A stretch of DNA of 64,000 nt from Myxococcota bacterium (GCA_963674735.2 CAXXQS010000001.1:1728001-1792000), one strand, 5' to 3'. Counted from the first letter of the stretch, positions 8,684 to 18,840 are shown. The notes: generated by a model not told the origin, from the letters alone. Numbers and translations: made by a program.

Positions 8684-10426
8684 TCATTGGCTACTCGCGT
8701 TCCTTGCGCACCGGAAACCGTAATCGAACCAAGTGAAATCCTTGTTAATCCTCATGCGAGCCGAGGCGCGTAGGTAGACTTCGTAATAGCTCACTGAGCC
8801 GCCACGCAAAACGGGCCAAGGAGTCGATTGATCGTCTTCCCAAGCACTACCGTCTGAGGGGGCTCCTTCGTAGGAGTCATGGAACAAGTCTTCATTCCAT
8901 TCCCAGACGTTGCCAAACATATCGTACAAACCAAAATCATTCGGTTCCATACCTCTAACCGGATGCAATTGGGCAATGCAATGGGGTGTTGGCTCACAGC
9001 TATTGTCACTGTGCCACGCAATGCCATCAAGACAGGCTACATCATCACCGCAGGAATAGATGGTATCCGCACCAGCGCGAGCGGCATACTCCCACTCCGC
9101 TTCGCTGGGCAGACGCCCCCCAGCCCACTCGCAGAAGGTTTTTGCTCCATACCACGTAACCTCATTCACGGGATGATCGCGAAAACCTTGCTCAACCATC
9201 CAAAGTTCACCTGACTCATGAATGCGAAGATCGCCTTCTTCGTCATCACTATCGACGCATTCGCCATCTCCGCAGGTATTCCCGTTCTCGTTCAAGAACT
9301 GGACGAACTGGCTGTTGGTGATTTCAGTCTCTGTCATCTCGAACGATGATACGGAGACTTCATGTCTCGGAGACTCTTCTGGATAACAGCGTTCGTCCTG
9401 GGGAACGCAACCCATTTGAAATGTCCCGCCAGAAATGCTTACGAAGACCATCTCGCGATAGCAGTCGGGATAGCCGATGTAGCCGGGAGCGCAGTGGTCG
9501 CAATCGGGATAGGTTTGATAACCGATTTGACATTTATCGCAATAGTCGCCAGTAAGTCCGTGATTGCAGGTGCAGATGTCATCGTCTGGATTACACGCGC
9601 CATTTCCATTGCAGGTGTAGGGCTCATTTGCGCACCCATCGAATGAGCAGGTGTCCCTCGTACAATCATCGTCATCGGCGCAGTTCTCGATGAAGTCCTC
9701 CCGAACTCCACAGTGATTGCTCCATTTGCGATCCAAACCGTCACAGACTATTTGGTCGTGGAAAACGTAGTCTTCACAGACATGGTTAGTTGGGTGGCAA
9801 CGTTGGTCATAGTCGCAATCATCGAGGACTGCCCAATCCGTCGCGACTTCAAAGCGCCCAAGGCATTCGCTTGACACTCCGTCGCAATAGCGGTTTTTGT
9901 ACCGCTCCTCTACGTCGTCCCCACAGCCTTCTCCTGAACAGCGGTATTCGGGGATACGGGTCTGACACACATGGTCTTCTCCAAGCAATAAACATCCATC
10001 ACAGCAGGGGCCGATGGCGCATGAGCAATCACCCTCAATTGCCTCCTCAGTTTCTCGTTCCTGCTCCACCGAGTCATGTTCGGTTGAATCCGCTTCCAAC
10101 TCCGGTTCATTATCTGTCAGGTCGATGTCAGCATCAGCGGGAAGCCCATCTCCATCTTCAGTGAAATCCTCGTCGATTTCATCATCCAGATCGCCATCAC
10201 GATCACCTTCCTGGAGGGCTTCATGGTCAACATCGAGGCCATCCTCGTCGAAGTCCATGTCTCCATCGTGAGGATTACCCCAATCGTCATCAGTATCATC
10301 ACCGGCTTCGATGGAGTCTCCATCGACTAAAGAATGTGGCGCAGTCACGGATTCACCCGCACATGCTGAGATGAATGAAGCCAGTAGAAACACTGCATAA
10401 TATAGTGAAGGAGTAATGAATCTCAC
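8684..10426 (-). CDS. Lipoprotein with Asp-rich linker, Cys-rich/laminin-EGF-like repeats and C-terminal FGE-sulfatase (SUMF1) domain
   Basis: Lipobox ISAC; DGD repeats; CNHGLTGDYCDKC; GGTFQMG, RLPSEAEWEYAAR, NDFGLYDMFGNVWEW, RGGS, GFRCAR; GTG start with GGAG RBS chosen. Confidence 0.85.
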   Translation of the reverse strand: MRFITPSLYYAVFLLASFISACAGESVTAPHSLVDGDSIEAGDDTDDDWGNPHDGDMDFDEDGLDVDHEALQEGDRDGDLDDEIDEDFTEDGDGLPADADIDLTDNEPELEADSTEHDSVEQERETEEAIEGDCSCAIGPCCDGCLLLGEDHVCQTRIPEYRCSGEGCGDDVEERYKNRYCDGVSSECLGRFEVATDWAVLDDCDYDQRCHPTNHVCEDYVFHDQIVCDGLDRKWSNHCGVREDFIENCADDDDCTRDTCSFDGCANEPYTCNGNGACNPDDDICTCNHGLTGDYCDKCQIGYQTYPDCDHCAPGYIGYPDCYREMVFVSISGGTFQMGCVPQDERCYPEESPRHEVSVSSFEMTETEITNSQFVQFLNENGNTCGDGECVDSDDEEGDLRIHESGELWMVEQGFRDHPVNEVTWYGAKTFCEWAGGRLPSEAEWEYAARAGADTIYSCGDDVACLDGIAWHSDNSCEPTPHCIAQLHPVRGMEPNDFGLYDMFGNVWEWNEDLFHDSYEGAPSDGSAWEDDQSTPWPVLRGGSVSYYEVYLRASARMRINKDFTWFDYGFRCARNASSQ

Positions 10427-10444
10427 GACGCAGACTCCGTGCCA

Positions 10445-10620
10445 AAAAAGAAAAAGGGGCAACTAGCGACCCGCAGAGCACATCACTAGCGCCCCCTCCT
10501 ATAGAGGCGTTGTGTGACTAGCACAACGCATACAGGCGGCGTCGTGCTCTGCGGTTTGTCTTGCCCAATCTCTCCAAATCTTCCGATCACGGGTAGTCAA
10601 TCCGTCAGCCCGCCTGGGCA
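10445..10620 (-). ncRNA. Candidate structured RNA / attenuator with complementary loops
   Basis: CCGCAGAGCAC/GTGCTCTGCGG stem (10471-10481/10544-10554), inner GCGTTGTG/CACAACGC hairpin with TGACTAG loop, second hairpin with TAGTCAA loop (10589-10605), hairpin plus T-tract at the 3' end. Confidence 0.4.
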
Positions 10621-11246
10621 GTAAAATTCCGGTTCGATTTGAACAGTGGAATCGTATCAAAATTATTGGTGGGGTTCGATGAATTTCGGATTAGGTAAGG
10701 TGGCCCCTCTAACCGGGCCGTTGAAACGATGTCGAAAATCCGTGTCGGTGATAGCCGCGCTGCCCGTGTTGAAGGTGTTAGAATGCTGCTATCTTCTACT
10801 CTCTATACACAAAAACGTATTAAGCCAAACCGAAAACCAGGGGCAAAGCAGGGAAATTTGACTGTGAAATATTGTGTGTACTTTGAGAGATGAATTCTGG
10901 TGGGTTTTGGGGACTTATCGCCGCTTATCATGTCTTTATTGTGATTCATAAGAGGTGCGTTCTGAGATTATGATGAACCCTTCTAGTTGCGCTCTACCCA
11001 TATACCACCCACTCGGACCCATTCTGTATTGCGGAATTCATATTCCATTTCTCGATGTTCTAGCTGACGCCCACATTCCTTTTTGAGCGCGGGGTATGCG
11101 TCTTTCGAGGATTAGGGAAGCGGTGGGAGTGTGAAGTCGAGTGCCCTTAGTGCGCTTTTAGGTTTGGTCGTTTGGGTCATAAGACACATCCTCGTTATGA
11201 TGCCTTTGAGAAAAGCAAGCTACTTCAAAATCTGCTGTTCAATGAT

Positions 11247-11837
11247 TCATTCGATCACGACTCGCAGCCGTGGGTTTCGGCGCTCCCTTATCGTGACTCC
11301 ATCCTCAATATTTCCGTCCACTAAACCAGCCTTGTCAAGGTGGTCGAGAAAATCTACGAAGTCCAGGTAAGAAAGCTGATCGCGGATGTCATCGGTCAGT
11401 CCATCGTACAGTTGCCTCGGTGTCTGTCGTCTCTCGCGGACCTCGTCGCGCAGCACCAACGTGGCCAGAATTTCCTCCTCCTTGCGACTCAAGGTCACCC
11501 GTTCCACTTGAAACAAGAGCGGCAGAATGGTTGGCAGCACGACCATCGGCAAATCGGGGAAACCGCAGGCGGCCAAGACACCGCTCAACACGGCTGTCGT
11601 GACGATAGTTTGCGAGATTCCAGAGCCGATTTTCAACTTATAACCGCCACCCAGAAACTCCAGTTCGGAATTTCCTCCTTCAATCGTTAACAAGACCTCC
11701 ATAAAAGTCTCCCGGCCTCTCTCGCGACCGGCAAAAGGGGCAGGAAAGAGTTCGTTCCAAATCTCCTCGATATCCACAACGTCCGATCCGCATTTCTCAG
11801 CCAAGCTTTGCAAAATCATTTCGTGTAAAACCTTCAT
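11247..11837 (-). CDS. Hypothetical protein, hydrophobic hairpin plus possible C-terminal winged helix
   Basis: 196-aa ORF abutting the upstream stop (TAA ATG); hydrophobic IVTTAVLSGVLAACGFPDLPMVVLPTILPLLF. Confidence 0.75.
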   Translation of the reverse strand: MKVLHEMILQSLAEKCGSDVVDIEEIWNELFPAPFAGRERGRETFMEVLLTIEGGNSELEFLGGGYKLKIGSGISQTIVTTAVLSGVLAACGFPDLPMVVLPTILPLLFQVERVTLSRKEEEILATLVLRDEVRERRQTPRQLYDGLTDDIRDQLSYLDFVDFLDHLDKAGLVDGNIEDGVTIRERRNPRLRVVIE

Positions 11838-13553
11838 TTACTCCCCCTCTTGTCTACCAAAATCACCGAAATCGAAGAAAGATTCCTCTCGGAATAGGTG
11901 TCCCAGCACAACTTGTAGTTCCCAAGCATGTTCGTGCAAAAAGGCTGCGTCCTCAATGAAAATCTCTGGATGCGCAAATTGCTCTCTCAGAAAATGGGCC
12001 ATCGCCCGCCACAGTACTGAGGAACCGGGAAGCAATAGTAATTTCTTACGTCCGGCCTCGGATCGAAAGACCAGAACATCGTGTCGGGACCGGTCGATGG
12101 TCATGTGAGCGACGGCGTACCTCACCCGCAGATTGGCATCGTCGAACCAAACAGGGAAATTTTCGAACGGAGGTATGTCCATCAGATAGGTCAAATCGGC
12201 GACCGTGGCCAGGGGATCGAACCAACGCTGAAGCCATTCTGCGTCTGCAAGCGACGACAGGTAAAAGCAACCGAGAACCGGGGCTATTTCCTTGGCTACA
12301 GTGCCGAAAGCCGTCAATTCCTCCGGCGACTCGATGATGAAATATTCAACAACTCGCCGAAGGTCGCTTCCCCTCTGGTAGCTGACCCGTAGGGCAACCA
12401 CGGGCGAGCTTTCAAAGCGGTCGAAGTTTTGTCGATCTTCCTGACTCAAGGCGACCTGCTCGACCATTCTCCGGGCTGGGCGCACGGTCAGAAAAAAATG
12501 ATCGTCAGGTGACGCGGAAGAGACCAAGCCACGCAGTTCCTTTACCGGGACTTCTGACAGTTGCTTCACAAGTCCGATAGGCTGCACAGCGTTTACGATA
12601 AGCCGCTCCATGCCGAATTGGACAGCAGCAAAGGTGTCGGCAGTTTCATGCTCCATCGCTGGTCGTAGGGAAATACCGCTTGAACCGGATGGCACCAGTT
12701 CTTTCTCTTTTTCGAGCAATCTCGCCGTGGATTCCCGCTGACCGTCCCAGGCAAGAGAGGCCGACCCTGCATCGTTCAGCAATCCAGCCAAAGCGTCGTG
12801 AAACGATTCCAGCAAATAACGTGACGCCTCGTCGAATTCCTCCGCTACGGCTGCCTCGTACAGTCGGTCATCTGCTTCGCTGGCGTCGAAAACATCCCAA
12901 GCGCTGAAATCCGGTTTCGCGAGCTTGGCTTTCATATATGCATCCTGCCAGAACGCTTCCGAAACGTTATCTAGGAGAACCTTCAATCGCTGGTCGGGAT
13001 AGTATCGAAAGCGCAAGTCGGATGGACGAAACTCCTGCAAACCACGATCCAGCAGCGTTTCAACTGCCGTTCCCTGCATGCACAGCCGCAGAGCCGCCGC
13101 TGCCGCGTTGTGACGCAAGTAACCACCGGAAAAACCACGAGCCAGCGACTCTCCGATTCTGTAGTAACGTAGGTAGCGTGGATAGTTCTCCAGGAGGCCC
13201 GGGTCGGGACTACCCTGACTCAGAATCATCATGCTTAAGTAGGTTGCATTGCTTTCGTGTACCGTGCGGCATCTGTCGAGCAGTGTCAGGAAGGTTCGCT
13301 GATAATGCTCCTCCTCCGGCAGGCGCAATGCGAGGTCGGCGTAGACGTGAAGCAACGAACCGTATGCGGTTGTATCCGTGAGGGTCGAATGCAGCGATTC
13401 ATGCAGACTGACCAGGACGGTTTGGTCTGAGACGGATTCCCCCGAGGCCAGGATATCCCAGGTGAAAAGACGGTTGCGACCGGAAGGATGGTCGTCGCCA
13501 CCTTTCAGTAGCAGGTCTTTGAGATCGGAAGGAGAAAACGGCACGAAATACAC
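11838..13553 (-). CDS. Hypothetical protein with HExxH zinc-metallopeptidase-like motif
   Basis: VSLHESLHSTL near the N-terminus and downstream VHESNAT (possible third-ligand Glu); GGAGG RBS with GTG start. Confidence 0.75.
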   Translation of the reverse strand: MYFVPFSPSDLKDLLLKGGDDHPSGRNRLFTWDILASGESVSDQTVLVSLHESLHSTLTDTTAYGSLLHVYADLALRLPEEEHYQRTFLTLLDRCRTVHESNATYLSMMILSQGSPDPGLLENYPRYLRYYRIGESLARGFSGGYLRHNAAAAALRLCMQGTAVETLLDRGLQEFRPSDLRFRYYPDQRLKVLLDNVSEAFWQDAYMKAKLAKPDFSAWDVFDASEADDRLYEAAVAEEFDEASRYLLESFHDALAGLLNDAGSASLAWDGQRESTARLLEKEKELVPSGSSGISLRPAMEHETADTFAAVQFGMERLIVNAVQPIGLVKQLSEVPVKELRGLVSSASPDDHFFLTVRPARRMVEQVALSQEDRQNFDRFESSPVVALRVSYQRGSDLRRVVEYFIIESPEELTAFGTVAKEIAPVLGCFYLSSLADAEWLQRWFDPLATVADLTYLMDIPPFENFPVWFDDANLRVRYAVAHMTIDRSRHDVLVFRSEAGRKKLLLLPGSSVLWRAMAHFLREQFAHPEIFIEDAAFLHEHAWELQVVLGHLFREESFFDFGDFGRQEGE

Positions 13554-13559
13554 CTCCTG

Positions 13560-14915
13560 TCAGATCAATTTCTCCGCGTACCGCTGCTTGATCTTCTCTA
13601 CGAAATCAAGCAAGACTGGTTTCGCTTCCATCTCCCTACGGTCAAGCAGGTGGTCGATGGCGCGTAGACTCCCCTCGACGCCTTTCTCCAAACGCTCGGC
13701 CCACTCTTTCCTCCCGGCAAGGCGCAGTCCCGACGCGATCAATTCGTTGGCGGTCTTGGGAAGATCGTAAAAGGGGACTATCAGCGATGCGGTAGCGCTG
13801 AGCATTTCATGAGCTTCACGGGTCTGTTTTTCCTTTCGGTAGAGTGGAAGCTCACTTTGGATTTCGTTATCGTATTCTCGCTGTAGTTCTGTCTCGAACT
13901 GGGCGAGTTCCTCCATAAGCAGCACCAACCTTTCCGGATCGTGGATAGCCAATCCCTCTTTGGTCCGCTCCAGGATCAGATTGTATTTGTCGATGAAGCG
14001 ACCGCTAACAGCAACCTCATGCAAATCCAGCGCATCCTCAATGGTCAGCGCATCCAGCACGTCCACTGGGAAGTGGGAGTGCGTGGCCTGCTTGACCAGG
14101 TCGACGAAGAGTTTGAAAAACACCTGCATCTCGGAAAGGCATGTGCGGCCTCCGGCAAGGTCGGTCAAACTGAAGTCCAACAGGTTTTCCTGCGGCAGGA
14201 CGCCTTCCGATTGAACGGCCACAGCCCCCGACAGGTAATAGATAAAGTCTGCCCAGTTGCTGAGGATTCCCCATAATTGCTTGTGTCCGGTTGCTTTGGC
14301 GATCCGGTAGACCTCTCCTCTACTTATGCTCGATAGATTTTGAAGTTCCCCAGTAACCTTGGGCCAATCGAAATAATCGTTTGGGGCTGCCAAACGGAGG
14401 ATACTTTGGCGATCTTCAATATCCCGCAAGAGCCGCTCTTTGAACCAGCCGCTGGTCGCGCGGACGTCCCATGGAGTGATCCAACGGGAGCTTTCGTCAA
14501 CCACCTGGACCATTTCAAGGCGGGGACCTCCCTTGTAAAGATCGGCTTCCTTGCCTTCGGCGATCTTGGAATCCGCGAACTCCCGAAGAGACCCGAACTC
14601 GGATCGTAGGGCAGGGATGATAAGGCCGTCACTGAACAGCCTTGGGTGGGGCAGCAGGATTTCGTGCGCAAGTTCCGATTCGATCAGGTGGGAGGCCGCA
14701 ATGACGACATGCCCCTTTACAAGGGCCAGGAGTTTCAGTTTCCGTTCCAGGGAGAGTTTGATCCCCTCCACGTCGTCCGCCGTCCAGGCGACCTGGGAAT
14801 AGGTCACACGGTCAAACTCCGTGAAGTAGACTCTGCTCATCTGAATTTCATCGGGAGCGAGTCGCTTCATCGAAATATTCTCCACTTCGTTCGTATCCAA
14901 GTTCTTTCTTGCCAA
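13560..14915 (-). CDS. Hypothetical protein (~451 aa), first gene of 3-gene operon
   Basis: Long ORF, 6 bp from the next gene; start uncertain (TTG 14915 or ATG 14870). Confidence 0.78.
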   Translation of the reverse strand: MARKNLDTNEVENISMKRLAPDEIQMSRVYFTEFDRVTYSQVAWTADDVEGIKLSLERKLKLLALVKGHVVIAASHLIESELAHEILLPHPRLFSDGLIIPALRSEFGSLREFADSKIAEGKEADLYKGGPRLEMVQVVDESSRWITPWDVRATSGWFKERLLRDIEDRQSILRLAAPNDYFDWPKVTGELQNLSSISRGEVYRIAKATGHKQLWGILSNWADFIYYLSGAVAVQSEGVLPQENLLDFSLTDLAGGRTCLSEMQVFFKLFVDLVKQATHSHFPVDVLDALTIEDALDLHEVAVSGRFIDKYNLILERTKEGLAIHDPERLVLLMEELAQFETELQREYDNEIQSELPLYRKEKQTREAHEMLSATASLIVPFYDLPKTANELIASGLRLAGRKEWAERLEKGVEGSLRAIDHLLDRREMEAKPVLLDFVEKIKQRYAEKLI

Positions 14916-15394
14916 CTAGCGATTCGATGATGAATAAGCATTTCAATAATTACAAAGTAAGTCTCGGGTGTGTCCTTGTCTTATTCAGGATACTGAGATC
15001 GGAAGCCATCCTGTCATCAAGCGGATAGTGCCATTCCAAGCACCAAAATGTGTATCGAGAACAGTGATAAGCTTCTCAGAATTTTTTCCTTTTTCATTCT
15101 CGGATGTTCCAAACGTTACCTGTGCATTCTGCCAGAAAACCAATCATCCATCCAGATAATTGAAATGCTTTATGGCTTCTTGCTTTCAGTTCATTGGTAA
15201 GTGTATTCATTTTGCCAAATAATGTCACACCTGAACCTTTATGCTTCTCAATGAACCGATTTGCTATTATTCGCTACTTGAAAACCGGGGAAGACCATGT
15301 TATAAAATTAGCCAATCCTGGAAAAGCTTTCCGGGATTTTCTTTTTTCAGCTGACCGATAAGTCAGAAGCAGCCCAAACAAAAAGGGGAAAATC

Positions 15395-16611
15395 ATGCAC
15401 CAGATGCAGGATGTCGACGTGTCTTTACTGTCTCCGTGGGAAGACAATCCGAGGCAAAATGAAGCGGCTATTGATGCAGTGGCGAAAAGCATCAAAGCCT
15501 TCGGATTCAACGTACCGATCCTCTGTGACGAGGATTACAAAATCATTGCCGGTCACACCCGATGGAAAGCGGCGCAAAAACTCGACTTGGAAAAAGTTCC
15601 CGTCATTACTCTTCAAATGAGTGATGCACAGCGAAAAGCTTATGCTATCGCCGACAACAAAACAGCGGAAATCGCCGACTGGGACTTCCCCAAACTGAGG
15701 GACATCCTCGAAGAACTCCGGGCGGAGGATGTCGACTTGGGGAGTTGGGATTCTCGGATGATGAATTACGCCGTTTTCTCAAGCCGAAGGGAATTGACGA
15801 AAATGACGTGCCTCCCATTATGGACGCGCCGGTGACAGAAAAAGGGGACTTATGGATTCTCGGAAACCATCGCTTGCTATGCGGCGATTCCCGTGATTCC
15901 GAAACGATAAACACGTTATTGGATGGAAAACGGGTCGATCATGTTTTCGGCGGCCCGCCGTACTTCAACCAGCGTCAATACGCTCAATGGTCGACGTATG
16001 AAGACTACCTCGGCGACATGAAGACAATCCTTGAAATCTGTTGCGATTCGCTCGTTGACGGTGGAGTGTTGGTATGGAATATCGCCAATGAATGCTCAGC
16101 GCATCTCGATCTCACGTCCCACCATTCCGGTTTGCTCGAATCCGTGGGTATGACATATCTTGACACACTCATCTGGTACAAAACCCAAGCGAATTATCTG
16201 ATTCCCCGTAACTTCCATATTCGCAGAAACGGTCGGTATTATCCGGCTTTTCAGTGGGAAGCTCTGCTGGTATTTCAAAAGGCGGGGAAAATGCCGAAGA
16301 TGAGCAAGGAGGCGGTCAAGTATATGAGCGAACATCATACCAACGTCTGGGAAGTTCCTGCCATCACCAAACAGTCCGAAAAATTCGGCCATCCGGCGGT
16401 TTGCCCGGCCGAGATTCCGTATCGTTCCATGCTCGCTTATTCGGGAGAAAGCGCACATGTTTTTGAGCCATTTGGCGGCAGCAGCACGACCCTGATTGCG
16501 GCAGAAAAAGCTAAACGCCACGCTTTCTTGATGGAGCAACATCCGATATACTGCGATCAGATCGTCAAACGCTGGGAAGTCTACACGGGAGAAAAAGCAA
16601 GGAAGGCATGA
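15395..16611 (+). pseudogene. ParB/Srx-domain plus N4/N6 DNA methyltransferase fusion, split by a 1-bp frameshift near 15745
   Basis: ParB motifs NPRQN, FGFNVPI, IIAGHTRWKAA, ADNK; MTase GDLWILGNHRLLCGDS, GGPPYF, HPAVCP, EPFGGSSTT; inserting one T at AGTTGG restores DLGSLGFSDDEL. Confidence 0.8.
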
Positions 16612-17786
16612 CAAAGAAGCCTGATACCCAAACCCAACTTCCGTTTGATTCGCCGCCCGCATGGCAATTGCCGGAAGCGTACCAACCGACTCGCCCGGCG
16701 CTTTTGTCCGTGGAGCGGGTCATTTTCGCTCGTGGTGCGCTGGATACGCCGGAACGGCAGGCTTATGCTGAGCGCATCTGCGCCTTGTATCCAAACGCCG
16801 AACAAATCGACCGGACGGATACGCCACACAGCCGCGTTCAACTGGGCGAGGGCGATCCGTATAAGCGTCATCGCAAGGGCAAGACTACGCTGGTTTTCGG
16901 TGAGCATAAAAGCTCTGTTCGCAAGAGCGAGGAAAGTGGCAACACCTGCCCGAACTACTGGCATTTTTCGCCCACCGGATTCTGCTTCTACGATTGCCAG
17001 TACTGTTACCTGGCCGGGACGGCAACCGTCTGGCATTCGCCGACGATTCGTATCTATGTGAACCTGGAGGAAATCATCGCCGAGATCGACCGTACGGCCC
17101 GAAAACTCGCCGAGCCGACCGCCTTTTACATCGGCAAGTTGCAGGACGGTCTGGCGCTCGATCCGCTGACCGGCTACTCAAGCGTGCTGGTGCCGTTTTT
17201 CGCTCAGCATCCCTATGCTCGGCAGGTATTGCTTACCAAGTCGGCGGACGTAAACCAATTGCTCGACCTGGAGCATGGCGGCAACACAATTCTTTCGTGG
17301 AGTCTCAACCCGCCGGAGGTGTCCGAAGCCTTTGAGCGCAACGTACCGACGCCCCGAGAACGTCTGGCTGCCATGAAGCAAGCATCCGAGGCAGGCTATC
17401 CGGTACGAGCCGTTTTGATGCCGATCATTCCGGTTGAAAACTGGCAGGAAATTTACACCAGTTTCATCGAGGAACTTCTTTCAAGCGTTCCCCTGACGCG
17501 TCTGACTATGGGCGGCATTTGCAGCTATAAAGGCGCGACGCGCTTGATGGAAAAGAAGCTCGGCAAGGGAAACCTCATTTCGGAGAGCTTTGTTTCAGAT
17601 GCGGAATGTGCCGATGGCCGCAGGCGTTATCCTTTCGAGTTGCGCGTGGAGATGTATCGCCACCTGATCGACACAGCAAGACGGATTCGGCCCGACCTGG
17701 AGTTGGCATTGTGCCTCGAAGAACCACTCGTTTGGGACGCCCTTGGACTGACGGCCAGCCGGGGCCGATGCAATTGCGTGCTGTGA
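16608..17786 (+). CDS. Spore photoproduct lyase-like radical SAM protein
   Basis: CFYDCQYC (CxxxCxxC), IYVNLEEI, DGLALDPLTG, LLTKS, SWSLNP, LCLEEP; ATGA overlap with the MTase. Confidence 0.85.
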   Translation: MTKKPDTQTQLPFDSPPAWQLPEAYQPTRPALLSVERVIFARGALDTPERQAYAERICALYPNAEQIDRTDTPHSRVQLGEGDPYKRHRKGKTTLVFGEHKSSVRKSEESGNTCPNYWHFSPTGFCFYDCQYCYLAGTATVWHSPTIRIYVNLEEIIAEIDRTARKLAEPTAFYIGKLQDGLALDPLTGYSSVLVPFFAQHPYARQVLLTKSADVNQLLDLEHGGNTILSWSLNPPEVSEAFERNVPTPRERLAAMKQASEAGYPVRAVLMPIIPVENWQEIYTSFIEELLSSVPLTRLTMGGICSYKGATRLMEKKLGKGNLISESFVSDAECADGRRRYPFELRVEMYRHLIDTARRIRPDLELALCLEEPLVWDALGLTASRGRCNCVL

Positions 17787-17793
17787 GGCGTCC

Positions 17794-18258
17794 ATGACGA
17801 AAACGAACCAAACCGGCTATATCTTTCCGCCCGACGACATGGCAGATGTCGTCGAACCCGATTTCATCAGTACATGCCTGTTGGGTGTCCCTACTCGCTG
17901 GCATGGACGACGCGCCAAGCGGCGCGATACGCTCATTGAGAGGCTGAAGAAACGTTACATTCTCGTTCCTGTCTGCCCAGAGCAACTGGGTGGAATGTCC
18001 ACCCCTCGAACCGGCGAAACGCTGGAAGGCGCTACTGGAGCGGATGTGCTTGACAAAGGCGTGAGGATCATCGCGCCCGAAAACGGAAAAGACGTCACCG
18101 CCTATCACGTTAACGGCGCAAAATACGCACTGGAGTTGGCGCGAATCATCGGCATTAAACGCGCCTACCTGAAAAGCGGCAGTCCGTCCTGTAATAAGGA
18201 AGGCCTGGCGGGAGAAATTCTGACACGAGCCGGAATCAAGGTCATTCGCATTCCGTAA
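17794..18258 (+). CDS. DUF523 family (2-thiouracil desulfurase/TudS-like Fe-S protein)
   Basis: STCLLG, VPVCPEQLGGMSTPR, LKSGSPSC with three conserved Cys. Confidence 0.85.
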   Translation: MTKTNQTGYIFPPDDMADVVEPDFISTCLLGVPTRWHGRRAKRRDTLIERLKKRYILVPVCPEQLGGMSTPRTGETLEGATGADVLDKGVRIIAPENGKDVTAYHVNGAKYALELARIIGIKRAYLKSGSPSCNKEGLAGEILTRAGIKVIRIP

Positions 18259-18317
18259 TACTTGAACGAAAAGCCCGAAAATATCTATACAACCACCCAC
18301 CATAAGGAGAATTTCTC

Positions 18318-18719
18318 ATGGCAATGGAGATGTTTGTCGATGTATTGGAAGCATTCAAGGCCAACGAAAAACCGGAAGGCGTTTTGATCGTGGCCGACAA
18401 TCAAGACCTCATCAAAATCGTTGTCGCCTGGACAAATACGGATGTCCGGCAGGTCAAGAAAATGAGCAAACCGCCGGAGGACTCGGAAGTTGGGCGCTGG
18501 GACTGGATGTGGAAGTATACACGATTTTCGCAACAGGAGTTGATCCGAAAAGGAGCACAGCCGAGCTATGGCTTCGAGGGACGGTTGGCGTCGCTCATCG
18601 GCAATCGGATTCTGTATCCCGATGGCACGATCAACTCGTTTGTCGAGCGCTATTTGCGAGAACGTGTGCTGAAACTCTACGATGCCAAGCCGAAAAAACC
18701 TAGAAAGAAAGCGAGTTGA
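18318..18719 (+). CDS. Hypothetical protein (133 aa)
   Basis: AAGGAG RBS; plausible ORF in the same orientation. Confidence 0.7.
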   Translation: MAMEMFVDVLEAFKANEKPEGVLIVADNQDLIKIVVAWTNTDVRQVKKMSKPPEDSEVGRWDWMWKYTRFSQQELIRKGAQPSYGFEGRLASLIGNRILYPDGTINSFVERYLRERVLKLYDAKPKKPRKKAS

Positions 18720-18745
18720 CTCGATTCATCTCAAGGCCGCTATAA

Positions 18746-18840
18746 AACTATCTGCGCCTCCCGAACCAGCAAGTCCCGGTCCACACTGGGAGTGGTCCAG
18801 AAGTTCCGGTAGGCGTCTCTTATCGGGAGCCAAACTATCT
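18746..18840 (+). ncRNA. Candidate small structured RNA
   Basis: CTCCCGA/TCGGGAG closing stem followed by CCA, internal CCCGGT/ACTGGG hairpin, flanking AAACTATCT direct repeats, terminator immediately after. Confidence 0.35.

Noticed and set aside
14930-15390. Possible small genes between the divergent operons
   Set aside because: Only short interrupted frames in AT-rich DNA; more likely promoter region or decayed sequence.
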